Source: an uncultured Candidatus Saccharibacteria bacterium (GTDB lineage Bacteria > Patescibacteriota > Saccharimonadia > Saccharimonadales > Saccharimonadaceae). Taken from it: DNA of 64,000 nucleotides. Below, one piece after another: positions 29,001 to 37,824 of this stretch (its first letter is position 1; each line of letters starts with the position of its first letter). Where the stretch lies: contig CAYMBV010000001.1 in NCBI GenBank assembly GCA_964388795.1, positions 238,701 to 302,700 on the forward strand. Direction: 5' to 3'. The position numbers and the translations under genes were made by a program. The notes below the pieces were generated by a model. The model was not told where the DNA came from. It saw only the letters and a program-made list of their open reading frames with translations, and did not search any database.

Positions 29001-29580
29001 CGTCCTCAGCGATCTTCATACCGGTACGGAATCGGCTATTAGCAACTGCGCTACTCTTCACGAACGTCGAACCACCGGCAGACTGAACAGACGAGAACTC
29101 GGTCGCTATATCAATAACTCGGTCGCTATGAAACCTATAGTTCAGGGCATGCTCGCCCTCTTTAGAACCGAAGAGTTGCATGCGGATGGCCACAAGATCT
29201 ATCTCATTGTAGTGCGCATCAAAGAAATGAGAGACTTTTTCGGTAGTATCTAAAGAGAGCTTATCATCTGAATCGAGAAAGCTTATATACTTACCCTTAA
29301 CCTCATCAAGCCCGCGATTACGTGCACTACTGACACCTTGATTTTCCTGCCAAACATAGACGACGTTTTCCGGATACAACTTTTTATACTTCAGGCAGAT
29401 TTTCTCACTACCATCAGTACTCCCGTCATTAATAAGTATGAGTTGTATGTGTTGCTTAAAATCTAGGGTTTGCTGTAAAAGGCTTTCTACCGTTTCGTCT
29501 AAGTAGTGCTCGGCGTTATAGACTGGCATAACAAACGAGAATTTGTAGGTGTGCTTTATAGGATTAACCTCTTTTTTCAT
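26041..29580 (-). CDS. GT2 + TagF-like + polysaccharide pyruvyltransferase triple fusion
   Basis: GT2 N-terminus; DNAEALL, FLSHGI, TGFARYD, IAPTWR, ITDYSGVAFD; C-terminal NFGDEITP, VWGSG, AVRGPLS, GDPGLL, SSSLHGII. Confidence 0.88.
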   Translation of the reverse strand: MKKEVNPIKHTYKFSFVMPVYNAEHYLDETVESLLQQTLDFKQHIQLILINDGSTDGSEKICLKYKKLYPENVVYVWQENQGVSSARNRGLDEVKGKYISFLDSDDKLSLDTTEKVSHFFDAHYNEIDLVAIRMQLFGSKEGEHALNYRFHSDRVIDIATEFSSVQSAGGSTFVKSSAVANSRFRTGMKIAEDVLFITDIILKKKKYGVVADPIYFYRKHDAGGSATAGLYAKKHWYIQMLDEFHSYIMELSHKPVNKTIKKYLQYLIMYEMQWRFMQAESPVLSRRETAAYKKRLYELTSQMDDDVILTQADLHTELKFLILSKKYSVDVLNTHADESGRVYFNKEEIYDYNKEGVVHVDILKVSGKQLVIKGTVAAILFGNVRFGFKVGGTFYEAEKVFRLDTQKTFLDEVIFDKNSFTITVPIKNGENIQPTFYADSGFIKYIPMKFGAHARLSDRYPGYNYIVAKDFLVCSASPSKLVLIDSTITNRAVKELKLSARMAAGILKGGYKVVLHSLFYRVLYFLSKIFIKKQVWIFSDRTDMAGDNAEALLKYVVSQNSPTILPYFAISKQSPDYKRLRSQYRVIDRYSFRYKVLFLLADKLISSQAGDVTLNPFGRHYSRISNLLQYDFIFLSHGINKDDISKLYNKYTTNASLYTTVTQKEYDSMFIYPYGFDKQEVVLTGFARYDKYAEAQVAKNKVVIAPTWRKNIAGEGRQDSSDRDYNEEFRTSEYFTFYQGLISNKTFHHFLKKHKLKAEFVLHPAIAAQAKDFKGNAYVKIQTPPHDYKKYIEEAKLLITDYSGVAFDAAYLEKPMVYVQFDKDSFYDSHTLSEGSYSYSESGFGPVVEDVKGLMSELEKIAKNNFVLARQYRKRLKAFFRWIDRSNCLRIYQSILSIDPSRYIDGVVKKRIVTTIRTKRRPRLRVYWWRYSFPEQLNFGDEITPYIIRSLFGLRAEHSSLHRADLAGAGSIIEMVQRGAGDHSVKVWGSGFIRAGDKNHLSSIDFSAVRGPLSLKRVDTTHHPVAIGDPGLLANRTFKKSRRKTHKVGIIAHYVDKNHPALEGVKDDPDYLLIDPLQTPDKVARDITACEYILSSSLHGIIFSDSFNIPNNWMPLSDKVTGGDYKFTDYYLSTGRETRSVTPSIIGNTKAIQQAIDSYEPVVNLKRMQRSLMKSFPFR

Positions 29581-29596
29581 AGGATCTCCTAGTTCG

Positions 29597-30787
29597 TTAT
29601 TTTCTGTGTTTAATAGTTAGCTTCGCTGGGTAGAGGAGTGGGTAGTGGACATTACTCCTTGTGTTACTAAACGTCATTGCGTTATCCCAGTTATCATAGG
29701 TCGTCACACCGTCTGAAAGGTTCACAGTTGCACTAAGGCTGTAGGTTTGGTTACCCAATATGTTTGGCATTGTAAAAGTTAGCTGTTTCTTTTCGTTCGC
29801 CTCAAAGTTCATCTTCTCGGCACCTTCAGTATTAAGGTTATTAGCACCGGCGAGAAGTTTATCCTGCTGATCCTTTAAGCGAAAGCCGAACTTAACATCC
29901 TCAATCGCCTTGTCACCGGCCTGCAAATCGACAACAATTTTTATTGTCTCGGACTGAATATCCGCATCGATATTATCAATAAATACCTCTCGACTTCCCC
30001 AACGGTCTGTGTTTAGCGTACTACTATCACTTTTAGCCTGTTCATTAAATAACTTTAGGTATTCATCGGCAACTTTATCGGCGTCACCCTCTTTCACTAC
30101 CTTTCCTTCGCTAATCAGTACCGCGCGGTCGCAGTACTCACGAACTGCCCCCATACTGTGCGTCACAAAAACAATCGTTTTAGACTTGTCATTCTTGAGT
30201 GATTTAAAATATTCGTAACATTTACGTTGAAAGGCTGCATCTCCAACGGCAAGCACCTCATCGAGTACTAGAATGTCTGACTTTGCCTGAATAGCAACTG
30301 CAAAGGCAAGACGAACCTTCATACCAGAAGAGTAGTTCTTAATTTTTTGCTCCATAAAGGCTTCAAGTTCAGCAAATGCAACAATTTCATCGTATCGTTC
30401 GTCAATTTCTTTCTTAGAAAAGCCAAGTAAAGCTCCGTTAAGATACACGTTATCACGACCTGATAGTTCAGACTTAAAACCAACCCCTAGTTCGATAAAT
30501 GACACAAGGCTACCAGTGTGTGTCACCCGTCCACTTGTTGGTTTGTAGATTTCAGAAATAATTTTTAGGAGAGTACTCTTACCACTCCCGTTGCGGCCTA
30601 GTATCCCGAAAAATTCTCCCTTTTTAATATCAAAGGAAATACCCCTCAGGGCATGAAACGTGTCCACACCCTTATCTTTCTTTTCAAAGACCTTTACAAC
30701 GCTGCTCTTTAGCGAGTTGTTTTTATGACGCGGAAGGTCGAAGTCCTTCTTTACATTTTGTACACTAATAGCAACTTCTTGACTCAT
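29597..30787 (-). CDS. Polysaccharide/teichoic-acid ABC exporter ATPase (Wzt/TagH-like) with C-terminal domain
   Basis: GRNGSGKST, YSSGMKVRLAF, LDEVLAVGDAAF, VTH, plus Wzt_C-like tail. Confidence 0.95.
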   Translation of the reverse strand: MSQEVAISVQNVKKDFDLPRHKNNSLKSSVVKVFEKKDKGVDTFHALRGISFDIKKGEFFGILGRNGSGKSTLLKIISEIYKPTSGRVTHTGSLVSFIELGVGFKSELSGRDNVYLNGALLGFSKKEIDERYDEIVAFAELEAFMEQKIKNYSSGMKVRLAFAVAIQAKSDILVLDEVLAVGDAAFQRKCYEYFKSLKNDKSKTIVFVTHSMGAVREYCDRAVLISEGKVVKEGDADKVADEYLKLFNEQAKSDSSTLNTDRWGSREVFIDNIDADIQSETIKIVVDLQAGDKAIEDVKFGFRLKDQQDKLLAGANNLNTEGAEKMNFEANEKKQLTFTMPNILGNQTYSLSATVNLSDGVTTYDNWDNAMTFSNTRSNVHYPLLYPAKLTIKHRK

Positions 30788-30789
30788 AC

Positions 30790-31620
30790 TTACACTTCCT
30801 CAGCAAAATAAGGTGCTTTTTTCTTGAAAAGCCAGGCACCAAATAAAAACGTAACTACTGTTATCACGATAGGGATCAACGCAATAGCGAGACTGCCACT
30901 AATAGACAGTAGGGTTGGCATTTCATGCGATACAGAGACAAACCGTGCGTCTTGTACCGCTTGAGCGACAGGATTTATCAATACAAGCACTGCCGCTGCA
31001 TGACTTATCTCAACCACCTTTGAGATAGGGTAGATGATGGCCGAACCGTAAAAAAGCGCCTGCATAATAATTTCCCATATATAATTCATGTCACGAAACT
31101 TTACATAGACCGTGCTTAAAATAAAGGCGAGTCCTAAGCCAAAAAGATATATTTCTATAATAAATACCGGTACTAGCAACATTGTCCAGCTCGGCTCAAC
31201 ATTGTTAATAACCATAAATACCACTACTACTAGCAAGTTTAGTACGAGGTTAATAAGGGCCGAGAAACTTGCTGCAATGATAATAACGTACTTAGGAAAG
31301 TTAATTTTTCGAAGTAAACCGCCTTGGTTCACAATAGCTTTTAGTCCTTGGTTTGTCACCTCGGCAAAGAAATTCCATAGAATAATACCCAGCAGCATTG
31401 CGACCGGCCAGTGCGGAATACCCTGTCCAATCTTAAGGAAATACACAAAAACAATATAAAGAATTATAAACAAAAATAAAGGCTTCAATAGAGCCCACAA
31501 ATACCCCAAAACCGACCCCTGATACCGCAACTTAAAATCAGTAATAACCAGTTCGCGCAACAAAATCAGCGAATAGCGATATTTTTTGTATAATTTAGAC
31601 TCTCTCACGACTATGCTCAT
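30790..31620 (-). CDS. Polysaccharide ABC exporter permease (Wzm/TagG-like)
   Basis: DFKLRYQGSVLGYLW, FRDMNYIWE, YGSAIIYP, INPVAQ; real start may be GTG 31608. Confidence 0.95.
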   Translation of the reverse strand: MSIVVRESKLYKKYRYSLILLRELVITDFKLRYQGSVLGYLWALLKPLFLFIILYIVFVYFLKIGQGIPHWPVAMLLGIILWNFFAEVTNQGLKAIVNQGGLLRKINFPKYVIIIAASFSALINLVLNLLVVVVFMVINNVEPSWTMLLVPVFIIEIYLFGLGLAFILSTVYVKFRDMNYIWEIIMQALFYGSAIIYPISKVVEISHAAAVLVLINPVAQAVQDARFVSVSHEMPTLLSISGSLAIALIPIVITVVTFLFGAWLFKKKAPYFAEEV

Positions 31621-31671
31621 TATAGCAGAGTCGCTCTATTTCATCAGAGAAAAATGCTATAATAGCCCTTA

Positions 31672-32631
31672 GTGAAAACAATCTCCCTCCTCATCCCCGC
31701 CTACAACGAAGCGCCCGTCCTCGACAAGCTTATGGCGCGCCTGGGTAATTTAGCAAATGACGTCAAAGACTATGAGTTTGAGTTTCTGTTTGTAAACGAC
31801 GGCAGCCGTGACAAAACACTCGAGCTTATCCGTGATTACGCCGAGAAAGACAATCGAGTCAGCTACATTAACCTATCTCGGAACTTCGGTAAGGAAATTG
31901 GCATGATCGCCGGGCTTGACCACGTTCGTGGCGATGCAACGGTTATCATCGATGCTGACCTTCAAGACCCACCAGAGCTTATTCCTCAAATGATCAAGCT
32001 CTGGGAGGACGGCTACGACGATGTCTACGCGAAACGTAAGTCGCGTGAAGGCGAGAGCTGGCTTAAAAAGTTCACTTCAAAAATGTATTACAAAACCCTG
32101 CAAAGCGTCACTCGTATCCCCATTCAAGAAGACACCGGTGATTTTCGCCTGCTCGACCGTCGCGTCGTCGAAGCCCTGAAACAATTTCGAGAATCACAAC
32201 GTAACACCAAGGCGATGTTTAGCTGGGTTGGGTTTTATAAAAAAGAAATCCTCTACGACCGTGACCCTCGAGCTGCCGGTGAAACAAAGTGGAACTACGT
32301 TAAGTTAGTAGAACTTGCTATTGATGGTATCACCTCGTTTACCACGGCGCCGCTTCGTATTTCTACCTACGCCGGTATTATCGTCTCCTTTTTGGCCTTC
32401 ATCTACCTTATGTATCTTGTTATACGAACGGTACTTTTTGGTATCGATTTAGCTGGGTATCCATCAATGATGGCGGTCATTTTATTCCTTGGTGGCGTGC
32501 AGCTTATCTCTCTAGGTATTATCGGCGAGTATGTTGGCCGTATTTTCAACGAAACCAAGCAACGTCCGTTGTATTTAATAGAGGAATACCATAATGGAAG
32601 CACTCCTAAAAAAGCACGCTCAAAAAATTAG
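31672..32631 (+). CDS. GtrB/YkoT-type GT2 with two C-terminal TMs
   Basis: LIPAYNEA, VNDGSRD, SRNFGKE, IDADLQDPP, GDFRLLDR, RPLYLI; GTG start 8 nt after TGcTATAAT. Confidence 0.95.
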   Translation: MKTISLLIPAYNEAPVLDKLMARLGNLANDVKDYEFEFLFVNDGSRDKTLELIRDYAEKDNRVSYINLSRNFGKEIGMIAGLDHVRGDATVIIDADLQDPPELIPQMIKLWEDGYDDVYAKRKSREGESWLKKFTSKMYYKTLQSVTRIPIQEDTGDFRLLDRRVVEALKQFRESQRNTKAMFSWVGFYKKEILYDRDPRAAGETKWNYVKLVELAIDGITSFTTAPLRISTYAGIIVSFLAFIYLMYLVIRTVLFGIDLAGYPSMMAVILFLGGVQLISLGIIGEYVGRIFNETKQRPLYLIEEYHNGSTPKKARSKN

Positions 32632-33016
32632 GTTTGCCGTTGTTGGTGGGACGAATACCGCCCTCGACTTTGCTATTCTTTTCATTCTTACTTTTGCGGG
32701 TATGGATAAAATCGTCGCCAACTACTTCTCGACTGGTTTTTCATTACTGTTTAGTTTTTTCGCTAATAAAAAATTCACCTTCAAACACAGGAGTGGTAGC
32801 GCCAAGAAGCAATTCGCCCTTTTCCTTGTTATTACCCTTTTTGGTTTATGGGTGATACAACCGCTCATTATTTGGGGTTGTACCTCGGCGCTGCAATTAT
32901 ATATCACTAATGACGCCGCTAACTTGTTTGCTGCTAAACTTGTCGCAACTATCGCTTCCTTGATATGGAACTATTTATTATATTCTCGCCTTGTCTTCAA
33001 GAAGGGTCAGTCTTAA
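32594..33016 (+). CDS. GtrA-family protein
   Basis: RFAVVGGTNTALDF, ANYFS…FANKKFTF, AKL…WNYLLYSRLVF. Confidence 0.92.
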   Translation: MEALLKKHAQKIRFAVVGGTNTALDFAILFILTFAGMDKIVANYFSTGFSLLFSFFANKKFTFKHRSGSAKKQFALFLVITLFGLWVIQPLIIWGCTSALQLYITNDAANLFAAKLVATIASLIWNYLLYSRLVFKKGQS

Positions 33017-33017
33017 T

Positions 33018-34109
33018 ATGTCCCATATCGCCATCGACGCCCGCATCATCAACTCGAGTACCGGCCGCTATGTTGAGCGCCTCGTTACCTACCTACAAGA
33101 TATCGACACAACAAATAACTACTCTATTCTGGTTCGTGAAAAAGATAAGGACTTCTGGAAACCACGCAATGCAAACTTTACCGTCCGTGTTGCCGAATTC
33201 GACAATTATTCTTTTGGTGAGCAGCTCGGGTTCAATGCCTTTTTAAACAAACTCAGCCCCGACCTTGTCCATTTTTGTATGCCACAACAGCCTATTGCCT
33301 ACAAAGGCAAGAAGGTCACAACCTTTCACGACCTCACCCTCGTAAAAACATATAATTCAGATAAAAACTGGCTGGTCTTTCATATAAAGCAAAGAATTGG
33401 CAAGTACGTTTTTAAGAAGGTTGCCGCAGACAATAACCACCTTATCGTTATTAGTGATTTTACAAAAAAAGACCTCCAAGCCTTTACTCCCGTGCCCGAT
33501 GAGAAAATAAGCCGCATCTACGAAGCGTCCGATGTTTCTGCAATCGCCCCTAAAAAATACTCACTCCCATTTAAAAAGTACATTCTATATGTGGGCCAAC
33601 AGTCTGATTATAAAAATATTAAGCGCCTTGGTGATGCTCACCAAATCTTACTTGCGAAACACCCAGACCTCGGGTTAGTGCTGGTCGGCAAAAAGAACGC
33701 TGCCGCGCTCACCACCGAAACCTACTTTCATAACCGGAACTATAAGAATATTCTTTTCACCGACTTTGTCGACGACCACCAACTAAGCTGGTTATATGCT
33801 CACGCCGAAGCGTATATATTTCCATCCCTCATGGAAGGGTTTGGTTTACCAGGCCTAGAGGCAATGGGGTACGGGACTCCGGTAGTGAGTAGTAATGCAA
33901 CCTGCCTCCCTGAGGTGTACGGCCAAGCAGCACACTACTTTAACCCGGTTGATACGAGTGATATGGCCGAGGCTATCGACCAAGTACTAACCAATGACAA
34001 GCTACGCACACGACTTTCGAAAGCCGGTTATAAACAAATTAAAAAATATTCATGGAAGAAAATGGCCAGCGAAACCCACGCTGTGTATGAAAAAGTTCTA
34101 ACTACCTAA
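33018..34109 (+). CDS. GT4 glycosyltransferase
   Basis: Start corrected to ATG 33018 (MSHIAIDAR); TGRYVERL, TFHDL, KNIKRL, EGFGLPGLEAM. Confidence 0.93.
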   Translation: MSHIAIDARIINSSTGRYVERLVTYLQDIDTTNNYSILVREKDKDFWKPRNANFTVRVAEFDNYSFGEQLGFNAFLNKLSPDLVHFCMPQQPIAYKGKKVTTFHDLTLVKTYNSDKNWLVFHIKQRIGKYVFKKVAADNNHLIVISDFTKKDLQAFTPVPDEKISRIYEASDVSAIAPKKYSLPFKKYILYVGQQSDYKNIKRLGDAHQILLAKHPDLGLVLVGKKNAAALTTETYFHNRNYKNILFTDFVDDHQLSWLYAHAEAYIFPSLMEGFGLPGLEAMGYGTPVVSSNATCLPEVYGQAAHYFNPVDTSDMAEAIDQVLTNDKLRTRLSKAGYKQIKKYSWKKMASETHAVYEKVLTT

Positions 34110-34567
34110 GAGCTTGCTTGGGTAATAGTAATACGGCGCTCTAGGCCTTCACCCTCAGAAAACGTCTTAATGTCTGAGTATTCGGTCGCAACCTGGTGAA
34201 CAATCCGACGGTCTGCTGCATTTAAGCGTTCAACGTGCGACGTACCGGTTCGACGAACTTCTGCGATCCATTCACGTGCCTTTTCAGCCAAACGGTCGGC
34301 CCGCTGTCGCTTGTAGTCGGCAATGTCTAAGTTAACACGGGTGAGTGTTGCTTCTTTATTGCGAAGGACATTAGAAACTAAGAATTGTAGGCTACGGAGT
34401 GTTTCAGCACCACGACCAATTAATAAACTGTTGATTTCAGTTGACGGGACAGAGAGTTCAATAACATCGTCTTCAATAGAAGCTTCAACCGACACATTAA
34501 CACCGAAAAAACTTAAAAGGTCGGCAATATACGTGCGAGCAAATTCTACAGATTCTTCTCTGTTCAT
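34106..34567 (-). CDS. khpB: Jag/KhpB (KH + R3H) RNA-binding protein, short form
   Basis: LLIGRGAETLRSLQ, DIADYK, LNAADRRIVH, SEGEGLERRI; canonical position after yidC. Confidence 0.88.
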   Translation of the reverse strand: MNREESVEFARTYIADLLSFFGVNVSVEASIEDDVIELSVPSTEINSLLIGRGAETLRSLQFLVSNVLRNKEATLTRVNLDIADYKRQRADRLAEKAREWIAEVRRTGTSHVERLNAADRRIVHQVATEYSDIKTFSEGEGLERRITITQASS

Positions 34568-35544
34568 ACGTTCTCCTTTTTACTTGTCTTCGGAGTGTCT
34601 TTTGCAGTAATGCGTGTAATGTTCGGCTTCTTTGATGCTTTGACAACTTCGGCCTCGCGCGCTTGGCGTTCACGAGCTTTTGCAGTCGCTTTACGTGAAA
34701 TCTTTTTAATTTCTTTATCTGCCAAGTCGCCCATTTCTTCAACATCGCGCTTCAAAAGGAAGTGTTGTTGCACAGCAGCAAAGATGTTTGAGGTAGCGTA
34801 GTAAAGCGCCAGCGCACCCGGAAGCCCCATCATAATGAAGAACATCATGATAGGTAAGAACTTAATCATCTTACCCATCATCACTGCATTAAGTTCAGCT
34901 TGGTCTGGTTGTTTACCCTCACCAGCCTCTGCTAAAACGTCGCGGAGGCGCTTGCCGGAATTACCCTGTGGAGAGGTTTGCTTAGAGATAATATATTGAG
35001 TGTAAGCAGCAATAATTGCCAGAAGAACAAGGACAAAGTTTATGCCATTCGGGCCAATTGCGTGTGACGTGAGGTCGACAAACCCAAGGAACATTTTGTT
35101 GAAGCTGTCGGGGTCGGTAATGAGGTTTTTGACCGGCTCAATATTTTGCATGAAGCCGTAAGTAAAGTGGGCGATTTGGTCGCGGTGAGTGGTGAAGATT
35201 TGAATTACCTGGAAAAGGGCAATAAAAATAGGTAGCTGAATGAGCAAAATAAGAATTGAGCGAAACGGTTTTACTTCGTTCTTCTTATAAAGTTCTAGCA
35301 TTTGCATGCTTTCAAGCTGGCGGTTTCCCTTTGCAGCTTTCTTAATACGTGCGAGCTCAGGTTGGAGTTTTCGCATTGCCTTCGCTTGATAAAGCTGTTT
35401 CACCACTAGAGGCCAGAGGGCGAAACGGACAATAATCGTAAAGATAATAATCGCAATACCAAAGTCGGCAAAAGGCACAACGCTATAAATTGCTAAGAGC
35501 AAGTTAAAAATAGGTTGGGCAATAAAGAGTTCGAAAATATTCAT
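34564..35544 (-). CDS. yidC: Membrane protein insertase YidC
   Basis: FGIAIIIFTIIVRFALWPL, LQPELARIK, LIQLPIFIAL, GALALYY…NIF. Confidence 0.95.
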   Translation of the reverse strand: MNIFELFIAQPIFNLLLAIYSVVPFADFGIAIIIFTIIVRFALWPLVVKQLYQAKAMRKLQPELARIKKAAKGNRQLESMQMLELYKKNEVKPFRSILILLIQLPIFIALFQVIQIFTTHRDQIAHFTYGFMQNIEPVKNLITDPDSFNKMFLGFVDLTSHAIGPNGINFVLVLLAIIAAYTQYIISKQTSPQGNSGKRLRDVLAEAGEGKQPDQAELNAVMMGKMIKFLPIMMFFIMMGLPGALALYYATSNIFAAVQQHFLLKRDVEEMGDLADKEIKKISRKATAKARERQAREAEVVKASKKPNITRITAKDTPKTSKKENV

Positions 35545-35597
35545 GAAAGTTCAGCTACCTCGCGCTTGTTACTGGTGTATAGTATAGCGTTTTCGGG

Positions 35598-35945
35598 TTA
35601 TTTATACAATTCAGCTTTTTCAAATAGGGTAGTGAGTCCCTCTGAAATTTCGGCATAGGGGACGCTTCGTAGTTCGCCAGAGGTACAGATAATCACCACA
35701 TCATACACACCATTCAGTTGGTCTAAGTGGGTGCGAACATATTCATAAACACGGCGGCGAATCCGATTACGCCCGACCGCCGACTTTATCACTTTCTTAC
35801 TCACAACAACAGAAAAGCGGGGATATTTGCGATGCGTATTGGGCACATACTTAATAGTAAAGAATTGCGACCGAACCGCCTTGCCATTACTGTAAACGTA
35901 TCGCAGACTATTATGTCCATGAAATCTAAATAAAGATGAGATCAT
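35598..35945 (-). CDS. rnpA: RNase P protein
   Basis: PRFSVVVSKKVIKSAVGRNRIRRRVYE (RNR motif). Confidence 0.96.
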   Translation of the reverse strand: MISSLFRFHGHNSLRYVYSNGKAVRSQFFTIKYVPNTHRKYPRFSVVVSKKVIKSAVGRNRIRRRVYEYVRTHLDQLNGVYDVVIICTSGELRSVPYAEISEGLTTLFEKAELYK

Positions 35946-35967
35946 TACTTATTAGTATAGCGTAAAT

Positions 35968-36002
35968 AAAACATCTCCGCGAAATAGGGCGGAGATGTTT
36001 TT
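35968..36002. terminator. Terminator between rpmH and rnpA
   Basis: AAAACATCTCCGC-8 nt-GCGGAGATGTTTT, perfect 13-bp stem. Confidence 0.8.
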
Positions 36003-36028
36003 AGAATTCGTCACGATGTTTTATTTTA

Positions 36029-36166
36029 CTAAACAGTGAGTCGTGCGCGGCCTTTTAGTCGGCGACGCTTTAAAACTAGACGACCAGTCTTTGTAGAAAC
36101 ACGTGCGCGGAACCCGTGAGTACGTGCGCGGTGACGAGTGTGTGGTTGGTAAGTTCGTTTTGGCAT
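36029..36166 (-). CDS. rpmH: 50S ribosomal protein L34
   Basis: Below the ORF-track cutoff; translates to [45 protein letters not shown]. Confidence 0.98.
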   Translation of the reverse strand: MPKRTYQPHTRHRARTHGFRARVSTKTGRLVLKRRRLKGRARLTV

Positions 36167-36175
36167 ATCTGAATC

Positions 36176-36204
36176 ATTATACTCCATTTCTCCCCTTTAA
36201 TCAA
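36176..36204 (-). promoter_or_regulatory. rpmH promoter
   Basis: TTGATT (36199-36204), 17-bp spacer, TATAAT (36176-36181), ATG 9 nt downstream. Confidence 0.75.
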
Positions 36205-36250
36205 TCTGTTTACTTGCTTTTTCTAAATTAACTTGCCTGGTATATAAAAA

Positions 36251-36366
36251 CTATCCCCAACTCCTTTCGTTTTTTCCACAGGTTTATAGAGGTAAATTGA
36301 AAATGTGTATAACTCCTCCCCTATACACCCTCTCCCCTTACCTAATCTATTTATGGTTGTGGAAAA
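36251..36366. promoter_or_regulatory. DnaA-box cluster upstream of dnaA
   Basis: TTTTCCACA 36272-36280, TGTGTATAA 36304-36312, TGTGGAAAA 36358-36366 (all fit TTWTNCACA), plus degenerate CTATCCCCA. Confidence 0.85.
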
Positions 36367-36423
36367 CCCCGTTTCTGACGTATAGTAGAAGATAGTTAAT
36401 CAAAAAGTGAGTTGAGGGGAACA

Positions 36424-37824
36424 ATGCAAAAAGATATGCATGCAATCTGGCAGGGTATCTTAGGCGAAGTCGAGCTAAGTCTCTCTACGCCGAATTACAC
36501 TGTCTATTGGGCAAAAACAACGCCGGTGTCTTATAGTACTGATGAACTGATTTTTGAGGTTCCTAATATATACGTGCAGAAAAATCTTCAAACAAAATAC
36601 GACAAGATGATGCGCGAAATGCTTGCAAAAAACGGCCTCACCCCTACTACTCTTACTTACGTCGTTCCGGTAAGTAGTAAGAAAGCGCGCATCAGTCGTG
36701 AAACAACTCTCGACAATACACCTTTTCTCTCCCAAGAGACAAATACTCACCAGCCTTCAGGTGGTACTCGCCCCTCATCACATTCAGCAGCGTCACCACT
36801 TGCTACTCGTGGAAACCTTAATCCACGTTATACTTTTGAGAATTTCATTGTTGGCTCAAGTAATGATCTCGCCTACTCTGCTAGCCAAGCGGTGGCTGCA
36901 ACGCCTGGTTTAAAATATAACCCCATTTATTTCTATGGTGGTGTTGGGCTTGGTAAGACTCACCTCATGCAAGCCATCGGTAATGAGATTCTTAAAAACT
37001 CACCGGATACCCGTGTGTTGTATGTAAGTTCTGAAATGTTTGTTAATGAATTTCTTGAGTCGATTCGTTTTAAGAAAAAGGGCTTCTCTGATAAATACCG
37101 AAATGTTGATGTGTTAATTATTGATGATATGCAATTTATTGCTGGAAAGGAAAAAACTCAAGAAGAGTTTTTCCATACTTTTAATTTCCTTCATCAAAAT
37201 AATAAGCAGATTATTATATCGAGTGATAAACCACCCAAGAGTATCCCAACTCTTACCGAGCGTCTTCGGAGTCGTTTTGAAATGGGTATGACAATTGATA
37301 TTCAAATGCCCGACTTTGAAACTCGCTGTGCGATTATTACCGCCAAGGCTGCACTTTCGGGTGTAAGTCTAAATACCGAAACCGTTGAATTCTTAGCAAA
37401 TAATATAAAGACGAATATTCGTGAGCTTGAGGGTGCGCTAAATCAACTCCTCGCCTATGCCGAACTACACCGCATTGAGCCAGATGTCTCGACCGCAGAA
37501 GGCCTTTTAGGTAACGTCCGCCACTCGCGACCACAACATATTAATAGTAAGCAAATAATTGATAAGACTGCTAAACATTTCCAAATAAAGATTGAGGAGA
37601 TTTGCGGTGAAAAGCGTGATAAACATATTGTTATTCCACGACAGATCGCAATGTATCTTTTACGAAGTGAGCTCCATATGAGTTTTCCTAAAATTGCCGG
37701 TGAACTGGGCCGAAAAGACCACACTACCGCTATCCACTCTGTAGAGAAGATTGAAAAAGCTATTAAGCTTGATTATATGATTCGTGAACAAGTAAATTCT
37801 ATCCGCGAGCGCCTCTATGCTTAA
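36424..37824 (+). CDS. dnaA: Chromosomal replication initiator DnaA
   Basis: ATG 36424 after GAGGGG; LNPRYTFENFIVG, YGGVGLGKTHL, LIIDDMQF, NIRELEGAL, RQIAMYL, GRKDHTT. Confidence 0.99.
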   Translation: MQKDMHAIWQGILGEVELSLSTPNYTVYWAKTTPVSYSTDELIFEVPNIYVQKNLQTKYDKMMREMLAKNGLTPTTLTYVVPVSSKKARISRETTLDNTPFLSQETNTHQPSGGTRPSSHSAASPLATRGNLNPRYTFENFIVGSSNDLAYSASQAVAATPGLKYNPIYFYGGVGLGKTHLMQAIGNEILKNSPDTRVLYVSSEMFVNEFLESIRFKKKGFSDKYRNVDVLIIDDMQFIAGKEKTQEEFFHTFNFLHQNNKQIIISSDKPPKSIPTLTERLRSRFEMGMTIDIQMPDFETRCAIITAKAALSGVSLNTETVEFLANNIKTNIRELEGALNQLLAYAELHRIEPDVSTAEGLLGNVRHSRPQHINSKQIIDKTAKHFQIKIEEICGEKRDKHIVIPRQIAMYLLRSELHMSFPKIAGELGRKDHTTAIHSVEKIEKAIKLDYMIREQVNSIRERLYA

